A stretch of DNA of 64,000 nt from Malacoraja senta (Eukaryota). How positions within the stretch are numbered: position 1 is the first letter of the stretch; every line of letters starts with the position of its first letter. The translations under genes were made by a program, and so were the position numbers. The stretch lies in contig CM075980.1 in assembly GCA_038087875.1 (NCBI GenBank), positions 28,644,001 through 28,708,000 on the forward strand, written 5' to 3'. Below are positions 34,192-46,784 of this stretch, piece after piece. The notes beneath the pieces were generated by a model. That model made no database searches and had not been told where the DNA came from. It saw only the letters and a list, made by a program, of their open reading frames with translations.

Positions 34192-34448
34192 CCAATACAA
34201 AACTGTTATATTTTCTTGCCATATTTTTAAACATAGCTCTCATTCCAAATTCTCTTCCCACCACCCTTTGCGGAATTTGGTATCCTACTCCTTTGTATCA
34301 TGTTGTATCCTACTCATTTGTATTCCAGCAAATGCCGTAAATATAAGCCACCTGCCACACGGAATATACGATCAGTATAGGGGTTCATGAGCTATGAACA
34401 TGACAAATACACGATTAATGTGCTATGTCGGAAGTTTGAAGAATATAT
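33781..34448. repeat. Long imperfect inverted repeat (arms about 250 bp) around (TG)n/(TA)n microsatellites
   Basis: 33781-34030 is the diverged reverse complement of 34191-34448; for example gttcatagctcatgaacccctatactgatc pairs with gatcagtataggggttcatgagctatgaac. Confidence 0.9.
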
Positions 34449-34450
34449 AT

Positions 34451-34651
34451 AAATGCTGGAGTAACTCAGCAGGACAGGCAGCATCTCTGGAGAGAAGGAA
34501 TGGGTGACGTTTCGGGTCGAGACCCTTCTTCATCCTGAAGAATAACTTTCAGTCAGACCTTCAGTCTGAAGAAGGGTCTCGACCCGAAACGTCATCCATT
34601 CCTTCTCTCCAGAGATGCTGCCTGTCCTGCTGAGTTACTCCAGCATTTTAT
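34451..34651. mobile_element. Palindromic Penelope-type element with intact hammerhead core
   Basis: Near-perfect inverted arms of about 82 bp. The plus arm reads CTGAAGA-a-GGGTC-tc-GACCC-GAAA-c-GTC at 34566-34593. Confidence 0.8.
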
Positions 34652-34780
34652 NNNNNNNNNNNNNNNNNNNNNNNNNNNNNNNNNNNNNNNNNNNNNNNNN
34701 NNNNNNNNNNNNNNNNNNNNNNNNNNNNNNNNNNNNNNNNNNNNNNNNNNNNNNNNNNNNNNNNNNNNNNNNNNNNNNNN
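34652..34780. other. Assembly gap (129 N)
   Basis: Run of N. Confidence 1.
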
Positions 34781-36009
34781 GTATTCATTTCGGTGGTCGC
34801 TGGTTTAATGGAATTTATAAACAAGATGATAGAGTAGAAAAAGCAAGAACTTGAATACTTAAGTAAATTGCCAGGTGCTGTTATTGGTAACCAATATTGA
34901 AGTAGTTCCCTTTGGCACCAAAGGTAATTAGTTATATCCCGAATGGATGTATTTACAACAATAAGGTCGGTTGATCATTGCATCCAATCAGAAAGATTTG
35001 AAAGAACGGTCTCAGGGTATTACATAGTTTTGCAAATCTATCTTAACATTCGAAATCATAAATAATTTAATATTGGGCAATACACTCCTGCATTGCGTTA
35101 TAAAGCAAACAATTTCTCAAGAGCATTGCTGTGGCCATTAGCAAACACACACTAGTAGGGAATACAGATCGAAGTTAGTTTTAAGGTCTCTGGATGTATG
35201 GAAGCTATTTAGTTAAACGTATGATCAATTTAATACAATTAATACCCCCCCCCCCCCAATACGTCAGCTATCCCATATGTTCTGTTGTGGTAAATACATT
35301 TCAGTAGTTTCTAGACTTCTTCTCCAGAAGGACGCTGCCTTGCCCCCATCATTACATGTATATACATACAGCTTTAATGTTTTCCCGGTGCCAGCAAAGC
35401 ACTTAACACCACCTACTCCTAAATGCCAGACTTCTTCAGCTATATAATATAAATAAGTTCCTATGTTTTAGTTGTAACTATAATCGCAGGTATTTCCTGT
35501 AAAATCCTTTCGCCCTCTTGGTATTTGTAATGTTTTTGCATGCCATAAAATATTTTGCTCAGCCTTAAACTCGTTCGGGTTATGTTTTTACGCTCTCCGT
35601 TCGACAGTTCGATGGAGTTGAGCTGCAAGTGAGTCATGCCGCCCTGTCCTCCCCTTGAACAGACAGGATCTCGGAGCAGCATCTAGCGGGTACAATTAAG
35701 AATTGCAATGGTTCAATCGTGTTTTCGTACATTAAGACCATGTAATTAGCCGCAGAAGCCACTCGGATGTCGTGAAAGCACAGCAATCCCTCGCTTTCTT
35801 GCTTACAGTCAGGCCACGGTTACCTTGCCTTGAGTGGTACCTTGAATATTGTCACACGGAGGAAGGTGGACATTAGTAAATAGCCACGGTGTTGTTCCTT
35901 TGGGAAACTGTTAGGATGGAAGGAACAATGTCAAATGTGAGCATAAGTGATATGTTTAGGGTATTTTGGTAGTACAATGAACAATATTGTTGTAGACTGC
36001 TACTGTGAA

Positions 36010-36290
36010 GCGCGCTTTGCTGCCTTTCTTCATTCCAACGCGCTCCTAGGTCAACTCAGTGGCTTTTGGTGTTTGCGAACATGTCAGCCATTTTACAGAC
36101 AAGCTCCCACTGACGGCAATGTGTCAATGGCATGCTGAGCCGTGTTCGTCGAGTGCTGAACATTGGCCAGAACACTCCCTTGCTCACAGATAACTCTCCT
36201 GTTCTTCTTCAGGCTAGTGTACATGAACCTTTTACCATCACCCCAGAAGGCAGAGAGGATCTTTGACATCCCACAAGGACAAAGCGAAAA
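36010..36290 (-). mobile_element. Ancient DeuSINE (SacSINE1-like) remnant
   Basis: Minus strand reads tctgccttctggggtgatggtaaaaggttcatgtacacta...gaagaagaacaggagagtt...gtgttctggccaatgtt...cacattgccgtcagtgggagcttg. This resembles the Deu central domain as I recall it; no alignment was run. Confidence 0.55.
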
Positions 36291-39200
36291 TTAGAAGGTT
36301 TGTTTAATGTTTGAAAAAATGTTGGAACTGGTCGGGGTTGAACAAGCCAATGTTTTCTCTAGAACTCGCAATTTCTCTCGGCCTTCTGCAGTCCTGGTAC
36401 ATTTTCAACATAGGCCAGGCCTCAGCTGTCAATACCTCAAGCACCCGGCAGAGGATGGCAGGGGTGTGGGGTGTGGAAGAACAGTTGCCCCAGCGACCCC
36501 ACACACTTGCGCCTCAGTGGTTTTGCATGTCAGGTCTCTATCAAAGTACGAATTCTTCTCAATCGTATTTTGTCAACCCCTGCCAGTGGAGTAATGTGGA
36601 GAGGGAAGCTTATCACACGCACAGCGGGATATGGTTTATGCCAAGCTGGATGGTGTTGCTTTACTAACAAAGATCAAACAGCAACGAAGCTGTGCAACTC
36701 GAATTTACACGGATGCGGTGAATTTTATTTTATTTTTCCACAACAATCACAATCCATCTTCTCACTGGTAAATGGTAACGACGCCATTAAAATATTATCC
36801 AAAAATATATATGTTTTAATTTCAATAATCTGTCGATGGATTGGAAATAAGTCCAATTACAAAAAAAAATCCCAGGCAATACTTTGTTTCCACGATCCCC
36901 GCACTAATTGTGGGGTGGGAAAGAAAGATATGGCGAATTTTGCGCAAAATTAAGATGCGATTACTTTCATTTCAAACCTGGTACACGCATCGCTCATGGT
37001 ACATAAGCCAACTCGCCAAAGTACCGAGGAGGTTAAGGACCAAGTCTTGAAGTTGAATTAAATGAATGGGATGCATCGCCGTCTTAATTTTACAGCAGGT
37101 CGGCCGGTATCTGAAAGAGAGAATGATTGTAATTATTTCAGTTGAGTCGCAGTTTACTTAAAGTTGTTAAAGGCATTATTATTCCGAACCTATTACCTAA
37201 TGGACCCTCTGCAACTTGCTAAATCCGGTTATTGACTTGCTAGATTCATCTTGTGCGATTTGAAATCATACGTCCAGCACTCTGCTTCAGATATCTGCAA
37301 GCTGTTTGCTCTTCCAGCAATTCCTGGAACCCGAATCAGGAATAAAACACAAAAAACACACTTTGTATTTGCAGAATAATCAGTTCAACCTGAGATAAAT
37401 TGGAGTTGCCACGTCGATGATTAGAAGAGATTTTATTTTACACTCATCTAAGAGTATTTAAAAACTAACGCTGATATCTGGGCTGATAATGTAGATAAAA
37501 CAAACAAAAAAAAAGTTTTTCCCTCTGACGATGACGATCGAGCAAATGAAACGCGGTTCTGCACATTTAATTTATAACCCCTGCCCATGCAAATGGCACT
37601 TTGCACCGCTGCCGAGAGCGAGTTGGACAGTCGAGCGGATCGGTGAGCTCAGTCCCGCCGCTTCTGCCCATAAACCACCCGCTGCCTTCCACCTAACTTA
37701 TCAGGCAACATCCATGCCTCTTTAATCTCCCGTAAGGATTCACGTCCCCGATTTCTGATAATTAAATTGAAAGACGTTTGTTCCGATTCGTGAAACAGGT
37801 CCTGGCGCAGGCGGAAATTTTAATTTGTGTCTAATACCATTCTTCGTTAACGCTGAAAGCTTTTTCCACCGATTTTTTTTAGGGGGGAGGGGGGGGGGTT
37901 GTAATTCGATTAAAAAAAAGAATATTCTTCAAATAGAAATAGCTTCAGACGCGCCGTTTGGGACATATATTTCCTCGGGATAATGTTTAGTATTGTTCCC
38001 CTGGACTGCTATAAATTTACACGCCGTAGCGTAGCATTTGATCGCAACCATATCTGTACCCGGCCCTGACAGTTAAAAAATGCAGACGTTTTCGAGCTGA
38101 TTTAAGTGTCATCAATAAACTCTAAACAAGGTCATTCAAACTGAACCAACCCCCTCCCCTCCCCCGCCCCGGCCCCGGCCCCAAGGCTGGATGGAGGTGG
38201 TCACACGTTTACACCGAAGGTAACAAACATGTTCGATTCCAGGTATGCAATAAACAGAATAGTCACCAGAAGCTCCCCATCTTTAATAATTGTCCAGCCC
38301 GTTTGCAGGTTCAGATATGCGGGTGTTTTAAAACAACACTTATGATTTTTAAATGTTTTTTTTATTCTGCTGATCTAACATTGTTAAAAGTGATAATCCC
38401 ATGAACAAGTGTGGCGATCCTGGCTAAATAATAAATGTTAAGACTGATCTCAAAGGTACCCGGCTAGAAAATGACGAGCTCTATAGAATGAATGGGAAGC
38501 AAAACAAGGTTCTATGCGCCGGTGTACATTTCATGAAGGAATGATTTTACTTTACTTACTCTTGCCTACTAGTGTGTATAAACTTTACTAGTACTCTAAC
38601 CCACAAGCTATAATGTCTCCTTGCTCGGACTACACTTTCGTTGGAAGGGCTGACTTGGTTTTAGCCACCTGAGTTTCCACGTTTAAGAATTCATCACTAA
38701 ATCCCTCTGTATCTATCTTACTCCATTCTTCCAAACCCACCACGCACCCGGTCAAGTGACCGACCACGGCTTATTGCACCTCCTTCCTCTGGCACGACCG
38801 TTATTTATTAATTTGGGCTTCTGCAGAACGGCTGGTCTGCAAATCATTTATAGTCATTTTCACATCTCTGTCTAGTTTCAGGTGCCAGCATTGCTAATGG
38901 GCAAATACCAGAAGCAACATGACCTATCCTTCATGACTTTTGGTAACCGATGCGAAACTGTTAATGAAATACCGTAACCCAATTTAGCTGAGACCTAGAC
39001 TGTGCGTTCTCAGTCAAGTTCTCGAAGTATGTGCCGAGCCGACCATAAATCCTCCTGTTCCAAGATTTGTTTTTGCTTTTCGAATTTTTCCCGAGGTAAC
39101 ATCTCTTTGGCACCGCATAATGCTGTTCAAACCCGCATGGCTAAGTCTATGGCCACTTGTCACTCTATAAGTTTTATATATTCATAACACCGCCTTTTTG

Positions 39201-40397
39201 GTAGATCGTTTATATACGGCAGGTTATTTTCAGCAATTGGACAATTGGACATCAAGCCTAAGATTTCGTTGCCATTCCAAATAAATCAGTTGTAACAAAT
39301 CACCGGACTACCCGGGGCTGTATATCAATGGGACCGTGCATATGCATTTTCACTATAAGTTACAAGAATAATGAACACACGTGCCAAATCCATAATTATA
39401 TGCATACACTTCTCCCTCTCTGTCGATAGTTCAAATATAGGTTGGTGTGTATATATTTTTGATATGATAACCTTTAAGCCCAGAGCCACTTAACAATTCA
39501 TGAACCTCATAAAGGAATCATGAACAGTACTCTTTTATCAGAAGTAATAGCAGATGATACCACATGCCTGGATAAGAGTTGGTTTAATCAAAACGTTTTG
39601 ATTAAGTAAATACACAAGCAAGATGTTTCCAAAATAAAACATAAACATTACATTCTTACTCTAGAACATGCAGCCTACTTGTAATTTGTACCCTCTATCT
39701 TAAGTCACTTACCAGGGATGAACTGCCAGCACACAGTTCACAATAACAAATGTGACTTTTAAATAATGAAGTTTAGGGGAGAAATCTTGCATATTGATTT
39801 GCTGATGTGAATAATTAAAAACGAAAATCATAATTACAGGAAATGTACATTAAAGTAACGTTATGCTTTACCAAGTTGATTGAGCTATTTTTGTTCCAGC
39901 TACAAAGCTGCAGAATATGAACCAAAGTTGAAACTTCCGACCCCTTAAAATCAAGGGCAACTTTCTGAACATTTGAGTCGTGTTAGATGATGAATAAATA
40001 ATACTATGAGCCAGGTAATGTAATCCTGCAAAACAAGATAAATGATGGTGTCCCGAGCAGTTAAGGCAAAACTTACCATCTTTCAACATAATTGAGGTAA
40101 TAACTAATATGCAATGTAAGATTGATTTTATTTATTTTCCTAAGGCAAATAAAACAAATCTTATTTTCTAATGATGTGTATTAGCTCATTTAATCCAGCA
40201 GCACATCATTACTTTCTCAGTTTAGAAAAAAAAAACAATTTCCTTTTTGTTTGATCCTTAAACATTTATTGAATACAATTTTTTTGACAGACAATATTCC
40301 CTTTTACAGTAAAATATTTATTTTGCCGTCAAGAAATCACAGTAGTAGTAATTTTGTGCTGCCAATCTGCACACACACACAAGAGGTGATCATCTCG

Positions 40398-40625
40398 TAG
40401 GCGCAAGCAACCGCAGATGCTGATTTGCAAAATAAAAGACACAAAGTGCTGGATTAACTCAATGAGACAGGCAGCATCTCTGGAGAAAACAAATAAGTGA
40501 TGTCTAGCGTTGGGGCTCTTCTTCAGACTGATTGTGGTAGTGAGGAGACCTCAATAACCCTGCTACAATCAGTCAGAACAAGGGTCCCGACCTGAAAAGG
40601 TTGCGTATCGGTGTTCTCTAGGGAT
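40398..40625. mobile_element. Palindromic Penelope-type element, degenerate
   Basis: Module followed by a diverged inverted partial copy. Confidence 0.65.
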
Positions 40626-40723
40626 ACGTCTTAAATGGGAGGCAACATTTAGTGCTCTTGGGAAACAATTAAGATATTTCAATACATCTGATAAATGGAA
40701 AGTAGAAACAGAAATTAATGCTG

Positions 40724-40847
40724 CATGGGAAGGAACTGCAGATGCTGGTTTAAACCGAAGAGAGACACAAAAATCTGGACTCAGACAGCATCTCTGGAGA
40801 AAAGGAATAGGTGACGTCTTGGGTCAAGAACCTTCTTCAGACCTTCA
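40724..40847 (-). mobile_element. Short Penelope-type element with about 12-bp TSD
   Basis: Module flanked by aaattaatgctg and aaattaatactg. Confidence 0.7.
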
Positions 40848-41749
40848 AATTAATACTGTAAGAAACAATGAGCAGATAACATACCCTGCAGTCTGACAAA
40901 TCATGGAAAGATGCCAGGGACATTGTAGTAGGTGCAGTGATATATAAACACATAGACCAGCGACTAATACTGCAGGACATTAGTTTCACACAGGAGTGCT
41001 TCAGGGATGTTTTACTTGATCCTCCAGTAAATCCTGCAGAAAACAGCTCAGGTTTAGACTGGGTTTAATGCACCACCTCTAGATTTATGTGAAGTTTTGG
41101 CCCCAAAAAGAACCTCACTGTAAAACGTGACCACTGCCATTGTGACTTCTTCACCAGATCAAAGTCATATAATTTCATACTTGTTCCAAAGGATCAAATC
41201 CCTTGTTTTGCAGAAACAGACAATAAAATGATGATCAAAGTCAGAAACAGGAATGTGGAAATAACAGGCAGAAAACACATGGAGAAGCATGAACAACACA
41301 AAGAGTAAGAGCAAGAAAAATAGAAAGCAGGATTTAAGTATTGTGCACCAGCATGCCCAATCCCTTTAAAGACAAATTGAAAACATGAAGCACTATTCTA
41401 CCTGTCAAGCCAGAGTTTGCAAGTTTATATTTATTATCAAGATATAATTATACACGTATTAGATAAAGGTAAGGAATTTTCTTAGTTCCTATTTTTCATT
41501 GTACGTTTAAACTCAATTGGAATAACAGGATTTTTTAATGCAGACTTTTATAAATTTACAACATACATGTCCATCACAGCAGTCCCCAGCATGGATTAGT
41601 GTGAACAAAATATGGGGAAAATGGGAAGCTTAAGTATACATGCCCAGATTTAAACAGCATAATTCCTTCTACATCACCATGATAATTTTATGTTATACCG
41701 TCAAAGATCTGTCATCCTCAAAATAAAAAAGCGTCATGTGTCATATGAA

Positions 41750-42080
41750 TTATGATACGATACGATACGATAGAACTTTATTTATCCCAGGAGGGAAATT
41801 GATCCGCCAACAGTCATAAAAATACAAAATACACAAAACACAAAATACAATTGATGACATTAAAGTGACGAGTGGAAAGTCTTGGGGGACGTGCAAAGAT
41901 TGAGGGGGGGGGGAGGGGGGAATAAGTCTCAGTCTCAGTCTACCCCATGACAGAAGGTGGAGGAGTTGTAAAGTTTGATAGCCACAGGGAAGAATTATCT
42001 CATGTGGCGTTCTGTCCAGCATCTTGGTGGAACCAGTCTGTTGCTGAAGGTACTCCTTAGGTTGACCAGAGTGTCATGTA
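41750..42080 (-). mobile_element. LINE 3' fragment (Rex/Babar-like)
   Basis: (tacga)n tail followed by tttatttatcccaggagggaaattg and a LINE-like 3' body. Confidence 0.55.
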
Positions 42081-43199
42081 GAATTAGTATAAGTGGCTTG
42101 CTTTTGCTTCAGTCATGGGGTGTGCACTCTGCCGTAATAGACACCTGAATCCTTGAAAGGTGAAGTGTTTTTTTTTAATGGGTCTGCTATTGGAAATGCA
42201 AAAAGGGTCCATTGCATTTCACAATAGAGACGTTTGAATGATAAAGATTTTTTCAAAAAAATTAGAGAAAAAGTTTAATTAATATCACACCACTTGAAAC
42301 TCAGCTCATGAAGTCAAATAGAATCTTTCATTGAAACAGTCCAAAAAGTAAATTTTAAATATCTGCCTCTTCATGCATTCCTTCTTTAAATAAAATACAT
42401 CATGTTATCGCCACAGAATGAATTACTTCTGTAATTTCATATGTATTATGAGCATTCCTAAATACCCAAATTCCTGCATGTACTATTTCCCTTCAGCTTT
42501 CCAACAGATAGTAAATGCATCAAAATAAAGAGCAGAAACTAAAATTCATGCACACATCGAGAGGCATATGCTTATAAGTGACCACAGTTAATACCATAGT
42601 CTCTGAATGCAAACAAATCTTTATGCTTGTCATTTTATGTGTTTAAAAATCATTGTTTTCTTTCCTTTTCATGAATGCTTCGTGACATAATGTGATTGGC
42701 TTCTGGTTTACAGAAGGCATTCTTCCAAAGCTTCATACATGGAGAGTACAAATATATATAAAAGTAGAACAAATTTAATACCAGAACCTGGCTTTCTTAT
42801 GAAGATTATAAATCAACCTAAAGAAACACCAAAGGCGTCATCAAAAGTAATCAAGTAACAAATGTTATTAGCAAACAAATTGTTCATGTATTTATATTCA
42901 TCACCTCATTGTTTTAAAGAAAATTTAAAACAAGTTAATGTTTCTGTAAATGCCCTGCTGTTCAAATATTTTTGAGCTTGTGTGCAAGTTTCACTTTTAC
43001 CGTTGTTATAAGCCATACCTCATATACCTCCTACCTTAGTGGTGTCCTGTTTTGACATTATTCTGTTATCTTTATGAAGGGGGCAACATTAAATAAATGT
43101 CGAGGGATAACAGTTGCTTTCCTCTCCCCGAAGGTGTCTTCGTTAACCTAATGAGTTTGCACAACAATCTAGTACTTTCCTAGTTACGTTTTCAAGTAT

Positions 43200-43376
43200 G
43201 TATTCAAGAGAGAGTTAGATGTAGCTCTTAGGGCTAATGGAATCAAGGGACATGGTGAGAAAGCAGGAACGGGGTACTGATTTTGGATGTTCAACCATGA
43301 CCATATTGTATGGCGGTGCCGCTTGATGGGCCGAACGGCCTATTCCTGCACCTATTTTCTATGTTTTTTCTATGTT
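43200..43376 (+). mobile_element. CR1 LINE 3' end
   Basis: ttcaagagagagttagat...gggccgaacggcctattcctgcacct, then a (ttctatgt)n tail. Confidence 0.75.
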
Positions 43377-44302
43377 TACTGAGGTTGTGTTTTTAATTCT
43401 AGATATATTTAATAAATTCCCCAAGGCCTTGGTGGGATTCAAACACTTGCATCTGGATCAACAGTACAGGCGTCAGGATGCATATCCTGTAACTTAACTA
43501 CTATGCTAAACCTACTCATTCCCAAATACTTTGCATTAAACAAAAATCAAAGTCATGATTTCTGGGTCACAATCTCTTTGGAAGGTCAATTATTTTGCAC
43601 TTTGCATTTTCTGTATGTTTGCCTGCATAGCAACAGCATTATTTTGATAATAAAAATGGCACCTAAAGTACTAGCATTGAAAAGATACCAGGAGCAAAGA
43701 AACCATTGTAATTGTCAATATATGTTATTACTAGTTATCTCTAAATACAATGAATCATCTGTAGAATGGTCTTGTATCAGAAATAAATGTTAAGTGGTAA
43801 TTTATATACAATATGATAGAGAACCTAACAAATGTCATTGATTCTTTATGTGACAGGAACATGGTGAACCTTTGTTGAGGTTTGTGTTCAGTGCTGAACC
43901 TACAGTGCATTATTTATTACACTAACTTTGCATTTACATTCACGTGTAAAAAAACATGGTTTTCTCTCATATCTGAGGTATCGCAGGCCAAAGATGAAAG
44001 GTAACCCACAAAATTATAATAAAATTGTGTGAATGCTGATAGTCATAAATAAATAAAAAACAGAAACAGTCATCTACTCTGGCCACATGTATGCAGGCAG
44101 AAACAGAATTAATGATGAAAGTCATGACCTTTCATCAGGATATTCTGATGAAATATCATTGATCTGAAATCTTATTTCTGCTTATTAGTTCACAGACGTT
44201 GCCTGACCACCAAAAAGGGGAATATTTTCCAGTCAATTTGTGCTCCTTGTTTGGTGAGCAGAAGAGCAGGGAAAATAAATAATACTTTTCGCAATCACCA
44301 TG

Positions 44303-44436
44303 TAGTCTGAAGAAGGATCTCGACACAAAACGTCACCTATTCCTTTTCTCCAGAGATGCTGCCTGTCCCACTGAGTTACTCCAGAATTTGGTGTCTCTCT
44401 TCGGTATAAACCAGCATTTGCAGTTCCTTCCTACAA
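44303..44436 (+). mobile_element. Short Penelope-type element
   Basis: Full module; the core GAAA is mutated to AAAA. Confidence 0.75.
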
Positions 44437-44715
44437 ATGTGTTCACTTTCTTGAGTTCATGAAAAGGCAGATAAATAGCATTGTTTGAATAAGAAGGAAG
44501 TACTTCTTAAATAATTAGAGCCTTGTTTATTATACAGTTTATTCCAAAGATAATCCAGCTTTTAAATCACTTGAGAAAAATATTGTTGTGTATTGTAGGT
44601 GTAGCCTTTTCTCTTAACCAGTAACTTTCCTTAAAAGTAGAATGACTGCGCCAGTTAAATCTGCTTGATTTCAACCTCACCAAAAATATTAATACAGGTA
44701 ATCATTTTATTTTTC

Positions 44716-44922
44716 TGAAGATAGACACAGTCAGCTGAACTAACTCAATGGGTCAGACAGCATCTCTAGAGAAAAGGAATAGGTGACGTTTCGGGTCGAG
44801 ACCCTTCTTCAGACCCAAAACGTCACCTATTCCTTTTCTCCAGAGATGTCTGACCCACTGAGTTACTCCAGCTTTTTGTATCTATCCTCGATTTAAACCA
44901 GCATCTGCAGTTCCTTGTTACA
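44716..44922. mobile_element. Palindromic Penelope-type element with intact minus-strand hammerhead core (44781-44816)
   Basis: Inverted arms. The minus strand reads gggt-CTGAAGA-a-gggtc-tc-gaccc-GAAA-c-GTC-acct. Confidence 0.8.
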
Positions 44923-45329
44923 TATTATTTTTGGCATTGATTGGAAAGAATTGACGATGTTGCAAGTTTTCTTTCCCCAAATAATGGATATTGTAGAAGA
45001 CTTGAACCAATGTCAGAAACCTCGGAAGCACTGAGTGAGTTAGACAAGAAAGGATCAGTTAACATCTTGGGAGTGGATCCTTCGCTAGAAAATCAGTTCC
45101 AGTTTTGATGAAGGGACCACTTCTGAATTGTTTTGGTTCCAGATTTGTAGCATCTGCTTTTTGACTGATACGTTTGCATGTGCACATGTCCAGAATTCTG
45201 TCATCTCCTTGTAATGGACTGAAAAACAGTGTATCAAAATGCTTCCTAATTATGTAGAAATTTTGCAGGCCAACACTCCTAACATATTGTCAGGATTACA
45301 TATTCTAACTGACATGATGTATTGAACTG

Positions 45330-45640
45330 GTACATTGCAGTGCTGAGAGCTATATTCTGCATTCTGTATCTTCCACTTTATCTATTGTACTTGAGTCTGA
45401 CAATTGTATTTATGTATAGTATTATCTGATTTGATTAAACAGCATGCAAAACAAAGCTTATCACTGTACCTTTGTACACATGACAATTAAAAAAAACTAA
45501 ACTTTAAAGAACATCCCCACTTCTCCTTTGCTCTATTCTACTTGAGTTTTTACATTGTATCTATATGGTATATCTGAGCTGTTTGGATAGCATGCAAAAC
45601 AATGCTTTTAACTGTACCTCAGTGAAGGTAACAATAAAGC
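45330..45640 (+). repeat. Two tandem diverged copies of a LINE-like 3' tail
   Basis: The string tctatt(g/c)tacttgagt...attgtat...tatctga...agcatgcaaaacaa..ctt...actgtacct occurs twice, about 150 bp apart. Confidence 0.55.
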
Positions 45641-45665
45641 GACAGGTTTGAAAGAAATTATCCTG

Positions 45666-45888
45666 GTGTGTGCATGTGCGCATGTGTGTGTGTGTGTGTG
45701 TGTGTATACAGATATGCTCTCATGCACACACACACGCGAGCAGACATACGTGCACATGGGTGTGCGTGCATGTGTGCATGTGCGCACGTGTGTGTGAGAG
45801 AGTGTGCGTGTTCGTGTGTGTGGATGCATGTGCCTGTGTGCGTGTGTGTAAGTATGTGTGTGTGTGCGCGTTTATGTGTGCGTGTGTA
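45666..45888. repeat. Complex (TG/CA/CG)n alternating purine-pyrimidine tract
   Basis: About 220 bp of largely alternating RY sequence. Confidence 0.9.
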
Positions 45889-46051
45889 GCACCATGGAAT
45901 CCTCACAAGATTAAAGTTAATAGAAATCAAGAAGGAAAACACTTTACTGATGGGAATAATAATTGGCTAAATGATGTTACTGTGCTTGTCGGCAAATTAT
46001 CTCAATCCCAGGATGAAGCTGCAGGAGGTCCTTGGAACAGCGTCCTGGAAC

Positions 46052-46750
46052 CAGGGCCGGATTTACATATAAGCTGGACAAGCTTAAGCTTAGGGCCTCG
46101 AGATCTAGGGGGCCTCGCAGAGCCGGATTTACCACTAGGCTTCATTATCTGAAGACTAGGGCCTCGAAATCTAGGCGGCCTCCGGCCAAGGCAGGACACC
46201 TGCCGTTCAACTATGGGCGGGGCCCCCCCTCTCTATCTCTCTCTCTCTTTGTCTCTCTCCGTCTCCGCCCGCCATCCGTATCCGTGTCCGGGCCGCCGGG
46301 TCTCCGCTCTCCGCTCGCTCCTCATCTGCCGGCACAGCAGGCCGCCCTGCACATGTGCACTGATACGGCCAGCACATCCTCCCCCTGCACATGTGCACAA
46401 CCACAGCCAGCACATCATCGGCCGCCATGCGCATGCGCACTGCCACGGCAACTGGTCGGCACTGGGCACTTTGTCCCTCGCTTTGAATTGTGGGAGATCT
46501 GGCCGCCATTGCTGTCCGGTCGCCGCCTCGCCGCGACCGCTGAAAATCACTCCCGGACCCTGGATCTGGAGTAACTCCCTGGAGTAACTCTTGCTTCTGG
46601 TTTCCTGGTCCTCCATAAATATTCTAAATGGAATTTAAACAGGAGGTGGTGGAGGGCTGAACAATAACAGCCTATTGCATTTTATCTGTATATTTATTGT
46701 GTATATATATATCTAAGGTATAAGTAAGTAAGTAAGTAAGTAAATACTAA

Positions 46751-46784
<34 letters not shown>

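Noticed and set aside
33839-34264. ORFs with YIYIYI / THTH runs
   Set aside because: These are translations of (TA)n and (TG)n microsatellites.
34615-34854. ORF spanning X residues
   Set aside because: Artefact of the N gap.
45608-46616. Cluster of Cys/His/Val-rich and Pro/Arg-rich ORFs
   Set aside because: These are translations of the RY tract and of the GC-rich interior of the hAT-type element.
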